64,000 bases of DNA from Vulcanimicrobiota bacterium (GTDB lineage: Bacteria > Vulcanimicrobiota > Vulcanimicrobiia > Eremiobacterales > Eremiobacteraceae): the NCBI GenBank assembly GCA_963805945.1, contig CAWDVP010000006.1, forward strand, positions 256,001-320,000, read 5' to 3'. Under the pieces are notes generated by a model, which saw nothing but the letters and a program-made list of their open reading frames with translations, ran no database searches and was not told the origin of the DNA. This document shows, one piece after another, positions 43,693 to 53,490 of this stretch (within the stretch, counting starts at the first letter, position 1; each line of letters begins with the position of its first letter). Both the position numbers and the translations under genes were made by a program.

Positions 43693-45246
43693 TCAATCGA
43701 ACACGCCTTGCACGTACCAGCCGCCGTCGCGGCGGTCGCAGAACACGAGCAGCAGCGCGCCGGTGCTATCGACGAGCTGGTAGTAGTCGCGCTCGATCGG
43801 ACGCTCCCACCAGCTCTCGCTCAAGCGGAACGGGCCGGCGCGTGCGGCTGCAAGCGGCGGCGCGCTGATCGGCGCGGGCGGATCGACCAGGCGCAGCGCC
43901 GGCGCCCACGCGCCGTGCGAGGTCAACGTCGTCATACCTGACACATATGGAGCGGTCGAGTTCACTCGACCGTTTAGGGAGGTCGAATGTATTCGACCGT
44001 TGAGAGTGCTCCGGCCGTTCGGCTTTCGCGCCCGCGCGCCGTCGCGCGGCGAATCTAGGATGTCGCGCGGCGATTCGATCGGCGTCGCCCGCTGCATGCG
44101 CTCGGGCAGACGGGAACGCGACGGCGTAGATGCCAGCAACACCACCTCCTCACGCTGCAGCGCGGCCTGCAGCCGCGCGAGCGTCGCCGCCAACGCGGCA
44201 CGGCGCGATGCCGCCGTGCCGTCGAACAGCGAGAGCTGCGGCAGCGCCTGGCCGCACGGCGTGACGCGTGCCGTCACCGCCGCCACCGATTCCAGCATCT
44301 CGCGCGACTCGAGCGCGATGCGCGCGAGATGGAACATCGTCTCCGCATTGGCGCTCGGCTCGGCGAGCAGCACCGGCACGGTCGTCGACTCGGTGGAGAA
44401 CTCCAGCTCGATGTCGAGCCGATCGCACGTCTGCGCGCCGCCCGCCAGCCGCGCGGTGACGGCCGCGATGCAGCCGCGCGCGGCGACCAGCACCGGCTCG
44501 AGCCGGTCCACGGCGCCGTCGAATGCGAAGCGTTCCTGGAAGACGGCGGTCTCGTGCCGGGGCTGCAGACGCTCGTCGTCGTCGCCGCGGGCGAGCCGCT
44601 GATAGCGGCGCGCTCGCTCGCCGAAACGCAGGGCGAGCGGCCCGGTCGGCAACGCGGCGAGCTGCCCGAGCGTGCGCAAGCCGAGCAGATCGAGGCGATC
44701 GGCATCGCCAGGCGCGAGCGCAAGCAATGCGATGGGCAGCGGCGCGAGAAACGCCGTGCTGCCGCCCGGCGGCACGATGCTCACCCCGGCGCCCGCGACA
44801 AGCGCTGCGCACCGCGCGGTGAACTTATCGTCGGCGATGCCGGCGGCGCACGAAAAGCCGAGCGCGCTGACGAGCGAGAGCGCGGCGCCGATCGCGCCGG
44901 CTTCGCCCGACGGCAGCGAGGCCGCATCGAAGTAGCAGACGCCCGGCGCCGCGCCCTCCACGAGCGGACCGCACGTCTCGAGCGCCTCGAGCAGCTCGCG
45001 CGTGGCAGCAAGCTCCGCGGCGACATCGCGTGCGATGACCACCAGGCCCGGGCAGGCGGCACGCGCCTGCTTGGGCGTCATGCCGGCCACGACGCTGCCG
45101 GCGTTGCGGCTCGCACACGCAATCTCGCGCCGCGACTCGCCTTGCGCGATGGCGATCGGCCGGCCGCGTAAGGACGGCTTCGCGCGCACGCAGACCTCGA
45201 CCGAGAATTGCGGCAGGACCAAGCATGCGATGCGGCTGGCGATCAA
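43693..45246 (-). CDS. imuB: Inactive Y-family polymerase ImuB
   Basis: RIACLVLPQF, GMTPKQARAACP, LGLRTLGQL, QLSLF clamp motif, GPFRLSESWW..RDYY..WYVQGVFD; TTG start overlaps the imuA TGA. Confidence 0.92.
   Translation of the reverse strand: MIASRIACLVLPQFSVEVCVRAKPSLRGRPIAIAQGESRREIACASRNAGSVVAGMTPKQARAACPGLVVIARDVAAELAATRELLEALETCGPLVEGAAPGVCYFDAASLPSGEAGAIGAALSLVSALGFSCAAGIADDKFTARCAALVAGAGVSIVPPGGSTAFLAPLPIALLALAPGDADRLDLLGLRTLGQLAALPTGPLALRFGERARRYQRLARGDDDERLQPRHETAVFQERFAFDGAVDRLEPVLVAARGCIAAVTARLAGGAQTCDRLDIELEFSTESTTVPVLLAEPSANAETMFHLARIALESREMLESVAAVTARVTPCGQALPQLSLFDGTAASRRAALAATLARLQAALQREEVVLLASTPSRSRLPERMQRATPIESPRDILDSPRDGARARKPNGRSTLNGRIHSTSLNGRVNSTAPYVSGMTTLTSHGAWAPALRLVDPPAPISAPPLAAARAGPFRLSESWWERPIERDYYQLVDSTGALLLVFCDRRDGGWYVQGVFD
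43948..43999 (+). repeat. Two tandem REP-like palindromes, family B, inside imuB
   Basis: TGGAGCGGTCGAGTTCACTCGACCG and GGTCGAATGTATTCGACCG, 27-nt period; encode LNGRIHSTS LNGRVNSTAP. Confidence 0.85.
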
Positions 45247-45995
45247 TGCAGCGCTCTTGGCGGTCGAATAAATTCGACCGCTCCATGGACCGCGTCGACC
45301 GCTCCATAGGTGTCGTGGGTCAGCGCCACGCGGACGCTGCGGCCCGGTGCGATGGCGCGCGATTTGGCCACGTCGACCGACGTGACGCACCCGGCCAGGC
45401 GCCCGGCGCCATCGCCACCCTCTTCCCACAGCGGCGCGAGGCCGTGCGCGTGCAACCGCAGCGATGCGAACGACGCCACCGCCTGCACGTCGCCGTTCGA
45501 GACGATCACAAGCGCCGTGCCCGTCTTCTCCGCTTGCGCCGCGAGCCGCGCGCAGTGATGGGTCTGCAACGCAGCGGGCGAGCCGCTGCAATCGAGCACG
45601 ACGACCGCGCATGCGCCGCCGCGCACCAACGCATCCGCGGCGCGGCGCGCTGCGGCCGCAGCGCGCGGACGCACCACCACGAGCCGGCGCAGATCGACGC
45701 CCGCGGCTTCCGCCACCGGCGCGAAGAACGTCCTTTGAGGATCGATATACGCGCCGATGCCGCCGCCCTGCGTGCAGGCCGCGAGGGCGGCCAGCGCGAG
45801 CGTCGTCTTGCCCGAGGAAGGGGCGCCGAAGATCTCGGTCAGGCGGCCGATGGGTATGCCGCTCGGCCCTAAGAGATCGTCCAAAACGGCGATGCCGCTC
45901 GGCGTGCCGGCCCGCGCAGGAGCGATGGCGTGGGGTACGGCTCCCTGCCAACGGCGCTCGAGCGCAGCCCGTAACTGCACGATAGAGGACGACAT
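45243..45995 (-). CDS. imuA: RecA-like ImuA protein
   Basis: SGIAVLDDLLG..GIPIGRLTEIFGAPSSGKTT, AYIDP, VVVLD; first gene of the imuB-dnaE2 cassette. Confidence 0.88.
   Translation of the reverse strand: MSSSIVQLRAALERRWQGAVPHAIAPARAGTPSGIAVLDDLLGPSGIPIGRLTEIFGAPSSGKTTLALAALAACTQGGGIGAYIDPQRTFFAPVAEAAGVDLRRLVVVRPRAAAAARRAADALVRGGACAVVVLDCSGSPAALQTHHCARLAAQAEKTGTALVIVSNGDVQAVASFASLRLHAHGLAPLWEEGGDGAGRLAGCVTSVDVAKSRAIAPGRSVRVALTHDTYGAVDAVHGAVEFIRPPRALH
45261..45307 (-). repeat. REP-like palindrome, family B, plus a partial duplicate, in the imuA 3' end
   Basis: CGGTCGAATAAATTCGACCGCTCCAT, then TCGACCGCTCCAT 21 nt later. Confidence 0.85.
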
Positions 45996-46003
45996 GGGAG
46001 ACT

Positions 46004-46032
46004 AGTATAATCGAACATACGTTCGATATCAA
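46004..46032 (-). promoter_or_regulatory. Sigma70 promoter of imuA with a Gram-positive-type LexA (SOS) box in the spacer
   Basis: Minus strand TTGATA-N17-TATACT; spacer holds TCGAACATACGTTCGA (46011-46026, CGAAC-N4-GTTCG). Confidence 0.9.
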
Positions 46033-46076
46033 GACTCTCGTAAGGTTGCCCCAAAGCAGGCACGAAAGCCCCGGAG

Positions 46077-47714
46077 ATGAGCGATTTCGCCGCCACAGCC
46101 GAGGCTATCATACGCGCTCGGCTCAAAGACGACCCCATCGACGCCACCCGGGCCGGCATCCACGACTACGACGGCGAGTTGCCCGATATCACGGCCGAGG
46201 GCGTCGCCCAGTCGCATGAAGACATCAAAGCGCACCTGGCGAGTCTCGCCCGCTTCGCGCCGGGCGATCTCACGCCCGCCGAGCGCATCGACCATCGCCT
46301 GCTCGGCTCGACGCTTGACGTCGAATCGCGCGAACAGACCGAGCTGCAGCCGGAGAAACACGATCCGTCGCTGTACCCGTCGATCGCCGCCGAAGGCGTC
46401 TACTCCCTCCTGGCGCGCGACTTCGCGCCGCTGGCGGAGCGGCTGCCGTCGATCGTGTCGCGCTTGCGCGGCATCCCCGAGATGCTGGCGGCCGGCGCGC
46501 GCAATCTCGTCCGTTCGCCGCGCATCTGGACGGAGATCGCGCTCGAAGAGACCGCCGGCGTCGTCGAATTCTTCGAGCAGACGGTAGCGCCGCTCGTCGA
46601 CGATCGAAGCGGTCGAATGAATTCGACCGCTCCAAAGGCCTTGCACGACGCCATCGCCGCTCTGCACGAGTACGGACGTTTCCTCAAGGAGCAGCAGCTG
46701 CGCCGCGACGGCATGCCGTTCGCCATCGGGCGCGACTTCTTCGACTACAAGCTCAAGCACGAGCATTTCTTGCCGTACACCGCGGAGACGCTGCTCGCAT
46801 TCGGTGAAGGCGCAGTGCGCGAGACGGAGCTCCGTCTCCAAGAGGTCGCTGCGCTCATCGAGCCTGATGCGCAATGGCCGGCGCTCGTCGAACGGCTGCG
46901 CGAGGACCATCCGGCGGAGGGCGATCTGCTATCCGAATATCGGCGTGGACTCGCGGAGGCGCGCCGCTTCGTCGTCAAGCGGGACCTGGTGAGCATTCCC
47001 GCCGGCGAATCGCTGGAGATCGTCGAGACGCCCATCTTCGTGCGTCCGACGATACCGTATGCGGCCTACGTACAGCCCGGCGTCTTCGATGCGCGCCAAC
47101 AGGGGCTGTATTACGTCACGCCGGTGAGCGAGCACGGCGACGCGACCGAGCGCCACGAGCAGCTGCAGGGCCACAACCGCTTCGGCATGCTGCTCACCAA
47201 CGTGCATGAAGGCTACCCCGGACACCACCTGCAGCTCGTCATCGCCAATCGTGCGCCGTCGCTCGTGCGCCGTTTCCACGACAGCACCGTCTTCTGCGAG
47301 GGCTGGGCGCTGTATTGCGAACAGCTCGTGCTCGACGAAGGCATGAGCGACGACCCGCGCAGCAGGCTCTTCCAGCTCAAGGACCAGCTCTGGCGGGCGT
47401 GCCGCGTGGTCATCGACGTCAAGCTGCAGACCGCTCAGATGACGTTCGACGAAGCCGTCTCGATGCTCGTCGACGTGGCCAAGCTGGAGCATGTCAACGC
47501 GGTGGGCGAGGTGCGCCGCTACACGCAGTCGGCCACGCAGCCGATGTCGTACCTGGTGGGCAAGCAGCAGATCATGGAACTGCGGAACAGCGAGCGTCGG
47601 CGGCTCGGGGCGGGCTTCGGGCTGCGCGATTTCCACGACCGTCTCTTGGCGCAGGGTTCGCTGCCCGTGGCCCTGATCGAAGAGTCTTTCGCGCCGATGG
47701 CGCAAGGGAGATAG
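46077..47714 (+). CDS. DUF885 family protein
   Basis: HEGYPGHHLQ, FCEGWALYCE, LWRACRVVID, EVRRY..QPMSYLVG, FHDRLL. Confidence 0.93.
   Translation: MSDFAATAEAIIRARLKDDPIDATRAGIHDYDGELPDITAEGVAQSHEDIKAHLASLARFAPGDLTPAERIDHRLLGSTLDVESREQTELQPEKHDPSLYPSIAAEGVYSLLARDFAPLAERLPSIVSRLRGIPEMLAAGARNLVRSPRIWTEIALEETAGVVEFFEQTVAPLVDDRSGRMNSTAPKALHDAIAALHEYGRFLKEQQLRRDGMPFAIGRDFFDYKLKHEHFLPYTAETLLAFGEGAVRETELRLQEVAALIEPDAQWPALVERLREDHPAEGDLLSEYRRGLAEARRFVVKRDLVSIPAGESLEIVETPIFVRPTIPYAAYVQPGVFDARQQGLYYVTPVSEHGDATERHEQLQGHNRFGMLLTNVHEGYPGHHLQLVIANRAPSLVRRFHDSTVFCEGWALYCEQLVLDEGMSDDPRSRLFQLKDQLWRACRVVIDVKLQTAQMTFDEAVSMLVDVAKLEHVNAVGEVRRYTQSATQPMSYLVGKQQIMELRNSERRRLGAGFGLRDFHDRLLAQGSLPVALIEESFAPMAQGR
46608..46634 (-). 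repeat. REP-like palindrome, family B, inside the DUF885 gene
   Basis: AGCGGTCGAATGAATTCGACCGCTCCA; encodes SGRMNSTAP. Confidence 0.85.
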
Positions 47715-47717
47715 CAC

Positions 47718-48200
47718 GTGTATATCGCTTTCAAACTCCTGCACGTCTTGGCGGTCATCATCTTCCTCGGCAACATCACCGTCGGAGGGTTCTGGAAGGC
47801 GTGGGCCGATCGCACGAAGGATCCGCGCATCATCGCCTATACCATCGACGGCATCATCCGAGCCGACAGGATCTTCACGATTCCGAGCATCTTCTTGTTG
47901 CTCATCGGCGGGATCGGAGCGGCGCTCGCCGGGCACATCCCCATCGTGAGCACCGGTTGGATCCTGTGGTCGATCGTGCTCTTCATGATCGCCGGCCTGG
48001 CGTTCGCTCCGGTGGCCCGAGCGCAGCGCCTGCTCTCCGCCACCGCGCACGAAGGCGTCGATTCCGGCACGATGAGCGCGGAGCTCTATGCGCGCTTCAG
48101 CCACGTGTGGAACTTCTGGGGCATGATCGCGCTGCTCGCGCCCGCCGCTGCGGCGGTGCTGATGATCGTCAAACCGGCGCTGCCGGCCTTTCACGCGTGA
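47718..48200 (+). CDS. DUF2269 family membrane protein
   Basis: KLLHVLAVIIFLGN, ADRIFTIP, LMIVKP. Confidence 0.85.
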   Translation: MYIAFKLLHVLAVIIFLGNITVGGFWKAWADRTKDPRIIAYTIDGIIRADRIFTIPSIFLLLIGGIGAALAGHIPIVSTGWILWSIVLFMIAGLAFAPVARAQRLLSATAHEGVDSGTMSAELYARFSHVWNFWGMIALLAPAAAAVLMIVKPALPAFHA

Positions 48201-48212
48201 AACTGCATCCAC

Positions 48213-48677
48213 GTGCGCAGCGGCCTGCTGCGCCGGGGCGAGCGCGTGCTGTTGACGCAGTGCCGATATCCAGGCCAAAACGAGGCGCTGTGGACGCTGC
48301 CCGGCGGCCGGCCCGAAGCTGCTGAGAGCAGCACGGCCACCGTGGTGCGCGAGTTCTTGGAGGAGACGTCCCTGCGCGTCGAGGTCGGTCCCCTCGCCTA
48401 CGTCAGCGAGTCGCTGGACGCCGCGCTTGGGATGCATGTCGTCAACCTGACCTTCCACGTCGAGGAGCTCGGCGGGCCCGTAGAGCCGCGCGCGCAGGAT
48501 CCCGCCGTCGTGCGGGTCGAGTTCGTGCCGGTCGCGCAAGCGCCGGCGCTGCTGCGCGCCGACGTGCTGCGCATCCCCGTCGCGGCGGCGCTCGCCGGAA
48601 CGCGCGAGCGCTACTTCTCGTTCCGCAGCGAGGACATCGTGGAACCGTTCTTCCGCACCGCCATGGGTAACGCGTGA
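48213..48677 (+). CDS. NUDIX hydrolase (true start possibly GTG 48197)
   Basis: WTLPGGRPEAAESSTATVVREFLEETSL Nudix box. Confidence 0.9.
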   Translation: MRSGLLRRGERVLLTQCRYPGQNEALWTLPGGRPEAAESSTATVVREFLEETSLRVEVGPLAYVSESLDAALGMHVVNLTFHVEELGGPVEPRAQDPAVVRVEFVPVAQAPALLRADVLRIPVAAALAGTRERYFSFRSEDIVEPFFRTAMGNA

Positions 48678-48982
48678 TGGGATATCTGATCGATCCGCCG
48701 CAACACGTGGAAGGCGAGTACGTCGCCGTGTTCGCGCAGTCCGATCTCGCCGACGCGCTCGCGATCGAGTTCCTGAAGAGCCATGGGCTGCATCCGGTGG
48801 CGATGCCGCAGATGGGCGACCTGGGCGCCGCGCTCGGCGGCGCTTTCGCAGGCGGCTCCGATCTCTTCGGCGGCGACGCCCTGCTGTGCGTGCCCGCCGC
48901 CGAGGCAGAGCAGGCGCTGGACCTGCTCGAGTTCGATTCCGGACTTGTCGACGAGGACGAAGCGGATGAGGACGACGCGTGA
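48677..48982 (+). CDS. Small acidic hypothetical protein (DUF2007-like)
   Basis: LADALAIEFLKSHGL...LCVPAAEAEQALDLL; coupled to the NUDIX stop. Confidence 0.6.
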   Translation: MGYLIDPPQHVEGEYVAVFAQSDLADALAIEFLKSHGLHPVAMPQMGDLGAALGGAFAGGSDLFGGDALLCVPAAEAEQALDLLEFDSGLVDEDEADEDDA

Positions 48983-48988
48983 ACTATA

Positions 48989-49960
48989 GTGGCTGAACTG
49001 CGCAACGAGTTCGCGTTCTCCTGGTCGCGCCACCAGTCGTTCTACTCCTGTCCGCGTAAGTTCTACTGGCAGCACTACGGCTCGTGGCAGGGCTGGGATG
49101 ACGACGCGCCGCGCGAGGCGCGCATCGCATATCGGCTCAAGAAGCTGCAAAGCGTCGCGATGCTCATCGGCGACACGTTCCACGCCGAGCTGAGCGAAGT
49201 GCTGCGCCGCCGGCCCGATCGGCCGAGCGGCGTGCCGGCCGACCATTTGCGCGAGACGATGGAGCGGCGGCTCCTCAAGCACGTCCGCGAATCCCGCGAC
49301 AAGGATTGGCAGCGTTTCGGCAACGTCAAAGACTATGCGATCCTGTTCGAGGACTACTACGGCGCCGGCTTGACGGCAGCAGACGAGCAGCGGGCGCTCG
49401 GCATGCTGCGCGAGTGCGTCGAGGGTTTCGCGCGCAGCGGCTTCGGCAAGCGGGTCTTCGGCGTCGAGAAGGCGCGGCTGCGGATGATCGACCCCAAGGG
49501 TTTCGAGGAGAAACGCGCCGTGCTCGACGGCTTGCAGGTCTACGCCGCGCCCGACCTCATCGTCGCCAGCGAGAACGGCGATCTGCACGTCATCGATTGG
49601 AAGACCGGTTCGCCGCACAAGCAGAATCTCGCCCAGCTGTCGATCTACGGTCTCGTCGTGTCGGAGAAACAGGGCGTGCCGCTGGAGCGGCTCACCGCGC
49701 ATCTCGTCTACGTGCGCGCCGGCGTGCACGAGCCCTATGCGAACCTCGCGGCCGGCGTCGAGGAGGCCCGCCGCTACATCTCGACGTTCGTCGACGACGT
49801 GCGCGGGCGGCTCACCGACATCGAGGCGAATCGAGCGGACGACATCGAGGCCTTCCCCATGACCACGGATCTATGGAAGTGCCGCAGCTGCAATTTCCGC
49901 GAGCTGTGCGGCCGGGCCGGCGAGCCTGCCTTGCCGCCGGATGACGAGGCCGCCTCCTAG
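48989..49960 (+). CDS. Stand-alone PD-(D/E)XK (RecB/Cas4-like) nuclease with four Cys
   Basis: FSWSR..SCPRKFY, GDTFH, APDL, IDWKTG, QLSIY, CRSCNFRELC. Confidence 0.9.
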   Translation: MAELRNEFAFSWSRHQSFYSCPRKFYWQHYGSWQGWDDDAPREARIAYRLKKLQSVAMLIGDTFHAELSEVLRRRPDRPSGVPADHLRETMERRLLKHVRESRDKDWQRFGNVKDYAILFEDYYGAGLTAADEQRALGMLRECVEGFARSGFGKRVFGVEKARLRMIDPKGFEEKRAVLDGLQVYAAPDLIVASENGDLHVIDWKTGSPHKQNLAQLSIYGLVVSEKQGVPLERLTAHLVYVRAGVHEPYANLAAGVEEARRYISTFVDDVRGRLTDIEANRADDIEAFPMTTDLWKCRSCNFRELCGRAGEPALPPDDEAAS

Positions 49961-50745
49961 GGCTCCGAGTCCATGCTCTCCGCTCCGGCCGGCGGCGTCG
50001 ATTCCGCGTGCACGCCGAGCGCGATCAGCTCGGGCACGGTGACCAGATGGTAGCCCTCATGCTTCAGCGCTTCCACGATGAGCTTGGTCGCCTCGACGGT
50101 GGGTTCTCGATCGCCGCCGCGGCCTCGATTCCCGTCGTGGAGCACGATGATGCTGCCGTCGCGGACATACTTGAGCACCCGATCCGCGATCACTTGCGGC
50201 GCGGGCCGCTCCCAATCGCGCGGCAAGGGGACGGACCACATGATGACCTGATAGCCCAGGTCGTGCGCGACCTCGATCACCGTGTAGTCGCGCGCGCCGA
50301 ACGGCGGCCGGAAGAGATCCGTCCGCTCGCCCGTCGCCTTGACGATCGCATCCTGCGTGCTCTGCAGCTCGCGCGCGATGTGCCCGCGCGATTCGAGGAC
50401 GAGGTGCGCGTGGTCCCATGAGTGATTGCCGATCGCATCGCCGTAGCGGGCTTCGCGCGCGACCGACTCCGGGTACTTCTCGACCGCCGAGCCGACCACG
50501 AAGAACGTCGCGCGCACCTTCTGCTGGTGGAGATACTCGACGATCTCGTCCGTGTACGGCGGGTTCGGACCGTCATCGTAGGTGAGCGCCACATACTTGC
50601 CCGGCATGGGCACTTGGGTGACGGTGGTGCCGAAGGTCTGGTTGTAGGGGTTCTCGAGCAGATACCAGACCGCCGCGCCCATCGCCGCGACGACGAGGCC
50701 CGAGATGCACAGCTCGCGCCAGCGTGTGGCGATCCAATCGCGCAT
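49957..50745 (-). CDS. Polysaccharide deacetylase (NodB family), membrane-anchored
   Basis: ALTYDDGP, NHSWDH, FRPPFG, IIVLHD. Confidence 0.93.
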   Translation of the reverse strand: MRDWIATRWRELCISGLVVAAMGAAVWYLLENPYNQTFGTTVTQVPMPGKYVALTYDDGPNPPYTDEIVEYLHQQKVRATFFVVGSAVEKYPESVAREARYGDAIGNHSWDHAHLVLESRGHIARELQSTQDAIVKATGERTDLFRPPFGARDYTVIEVAHDLGYQVIMWSVPLPRDWERPAPQVIADRVLKYVRDGSIIVLHDGNRGRGGDREPTVEATKLIVEALKHEGYHLVTVPELIALGVHAESTPPAGAESMDSEP

Positions 50746-50753
50746 CGCGCCCG

Positions 50754-51428
50754 TCAGCGGCCTGCGTTCGAGGCGTGCACGGGGTTGTCGCTCGCGGCCA
50801 GCTCAGCCCTGATCTTCGCCTGCGCCTGCTGCACGCTTGGCGGGCCGAACGACTCCACAGATTCGACGATGTTGAGATAGCGCTTGTCCTGCAGCGGCGT
50901 GCTGCTGACGCCGACCGGCGAGTTCGGAGTTCTTCAGATTGAGCGGATACTCGCGGCCTTTCGTCATCGCCCAGAAGAGCGGATCGGAAAAGCTCGAAGA
51001 CACGATAGCCGCCTTCGTCGCCGAGCGTCTGCGCGATATAGATGACGTACTCGTCACGCGGGTGGGCGCGGATCGGCTTATCGGGCACTCCCCAGATGTC
51101 CTCGGCGCGCAGCTGCTCGTAGAGGAACGTCGCTTGCTGGTCCGCTCAGCGGCACGTCGAACTGCTTGGTGACGCTGCCGTCGCGATTGGTCGCCGAGTA
51201 GAACATCATCACCTTGCCGTCGTCGTTGCTGATGCGATAGGTCTGCTCGGAGAGCGGCCCGGCCTGCAGGTATTGCTGCATCGTCACGGTCCACGTGCTC
51301 CTCGCGTCGCGCACCTGCTTGACGGCGCGCTGCTGGTCGAAATAGGGCTTTAGGAAGACGAAATACGCGGTGGCGAGCAGACTCGCCATTATGAAGAGGA
51401 CGACGATCGAGCGTGTGCGTTCGTTCAC
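50754..51428 (-). CDS. Hypothetical membrane-anchored protein, split by three +1 frameshifts
   Basis: Protein-like segments join across frames: IVVLFIMASLL...FDVPLSGP / ATFLYEQLRAEDIW...YRVF / SFSDPLFW...LKNSE / SPVG...AGR*. Confidence 0.55.
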
Positions 51429-51498
51429 CTCCGTTGTTTCGCGGCGCGGCGCGGCAAACGCTTTTGCGCGCGGAGGGCATCTGCCGCCGTATCCGCAA

Positions 51499-53376
51499 AT
51501 GGGGCGCGGGGGACGCCGCTTTTGGAACCTATCTCGCTTCGCTGGACCTCGAGAGTCGTGCTCGCCGACGGCGCGATGGGCACCCTGTTGCTCGAGCGCG
51601 CGCCGGAGGCGACCGCGTGCGTCGAACGGCTCAACCACGACCATCCCGATATCGTCGAACGCGCGCACGCGGACTACATCGCCGCGGGGGCCGAACTCAT
51701 CACGGCCAACACGTTCGCAGGCAATCGGCTCAAGCTCGCGGCGCACGAGCTGCGCGAGCAGCTTGAGGCGCTCAACGCCGCCGGCGTGAGCATCGCACGC
51801 GCGGCGGCCGGCGGGAAGGCGTACGTCGCCGGCTCCATCGGCCCGCTCGGCGCGCTGATGCGGCCGCTCGGGCTCATCGACCACGACGAAGCGCTCGATG
51901 TCTTCGCGGAACATGTCGCCGCGGTCGCCGCCGGAAGGCCGGACTGCCTGCTGCTCGAGACCTTCGGGGGCGTCGAAGAGGCGCTGCTTGCGCTGTCGGC
52001 GGCCAAGCAATACGGATCCTCGCTCCCCGTCGTGGTGTCGCTCTCCGTCGTCGAGGACGGCAAGACGCCCGCCGGCGATCCTTTGCTGCCTGCGCTGCTG
52101 CGGCTGCGCTCTGCCGGCGCCGATGGCGTCGGAGTGAATTGCGCCGTCGGACCGCAGGCGGTCTACGACGCGCTTGCGCCGGCCATCGCGCAGATCGAGG
52201 GTCCGATCTTCGTCATGCCCAACGCGGGCTATCCGCATCGCGTGCACGACCGCGCCGTCTACGAATCGACGCCCGAATATTTCCGACGCTATGCGCGCGA
52301 CTTCGTTGAGCTCGGCGCTAGCGTGGTGGGCGGCTGCTGCGGCACGACGCCCGCGCACATCGCCGCCATGCGCGCGGAGGTGTCTGGATCGGTGCGGCCG
52401 CGCGTCAAGCACGCGCCGGCGATCGGTCGACGAGCGACGAGTTCCCGAGATCAAGCGAGTGCTGTTGCCGGCCGAGCGGCCGCTCACGGCGTTCGAGCGC
52501 AGGCTCGGCAAAGAGTTCGTGACCACGGTCGAGGTATCGCCGCCGCGCGGCGTCGACTACTCCGCGAGCCTGGCGGGCGCGCGGCTGCTCGAAGCCGCCG
52601 GCGCCGACGCGATCGACATCTCCGATAATCCCACCGCGCGGCTGCGGATGTCGAGTTCGGCGCTCGCGCACCTTGTGATGCGCGAGACGTCGCTAGCGAC
52701 GATCCTCCATTTCACCTGTCGCGATCGCAACCTGCTCGGCTTGCAGAGCGAACTGCTCGGCGCGGCGGCGCTCAACGTGACCGCGATCCTCGCGCTCACC
52801 GGTGACCCGAGCAACGTGGGCGATTTCCCAAAAGCCACGTCGGTGTTCGACGTGACCTCGGTCGGACTCACCGAGATCATCAACTCGCTCAACCACGGCA
52901 AGGACCATGCGGGTAATGACGTCGGCGCGCCGACGCGCTTCCGGGTCGGCGTCGCGGTGAATCCGCTGGCCCGCGATCTAGACGGCGAGTTCCAGAAGTT
53001 CGACGAGAAGCTGGCGGCGGGGGCCGACTTTGCGATGACGCAGCCGATCTACGACGTCGCGCAGATCAAGCCGTTCCTCGATCGCATGGCCGCGCTCGCG
53101 TTCCCCGTGCTGGTCGGCGTGCTGCTGCTGCGTAGTCACAAGAACGCGGAGTTCTTGCATAACGAAGTCCCCGGCATGACCGTCCCCGAACACGTGCGGG
53201 AACGCATGCGCGGCGCACAAGACCAGCGCGGCGAGGGCATCGCCATCGCGCGCGATCTGCTGCTCGAATTGGCCGCGACGCCGGGTGCGGCGGGCGCCTA
53301 CCTGATCCCTCAGGACCGCTACGACACCGCTGCTGAGGTGCTCACGCAGTCACTACGCAGGCGTGCGACCGCCTGA
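51499..53376 (+). CDS. Bifunctional homocysteine S-methyltransferase / methylenetetrahydrofolate reductase (YitJ-like); +1 frameshift at about 52425, start uncertain
   Basis: LADGAMGT, GVNC, VGGCCGTTP; then VEVSPPRG, HFTCRDRN, ALTGDP, GADFAMTQP. Confidence 0.9.
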
Positions 53377-53411
53377 CCGACGAGCGCTCAAGGGGGAAGC
53401 CGAAACCGACG

Positions 53412-53437
53412 GGAACCTACTATTCCGGGTTTTCGTT
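53412..53437 (+). promoter_or_regulatory. Candidate ECF-sigma promoter
   Basis: GGAAC-N17-CGTT about 55 nt upstream of ATG 53491. Confidence 0.45.
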
Positions 53438-53490
53438 AGCCCGGTAATACGTGCATTTGCACGCGTCCACGCTCGTTGGGGGAGACGCTG

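Noticed and set aside
43948..43999. Tandem palindromes as a mini CRISPR array
   Set aside because: Only two units with a 27-nt period, no spacer-sized unique sequence, in frame within imuB, and no cas1/cas2.
43693..46032. 779-aa ORF as an ImuA-ImuB fusion
   Set aside because: Its N-terminal third is an off-frame reading of imuA; ImuB similarity starts at TTG 45246.
38191..46634. Family B palindromes as additional LexA boxes
   Set aside because: The dyad is 2 nt shorter than GAAC-N4-GTTC, usually reads GAAT, lies inside genes and carries a constant GGAG/GTAG tail.
53377..53490. Riboswitch downstream of the methionine gene
   Set aside because: Only a weak hairpin; no SAM, cobalamin or c-di-GMP consensus recognised; the position is 3' of the gene.
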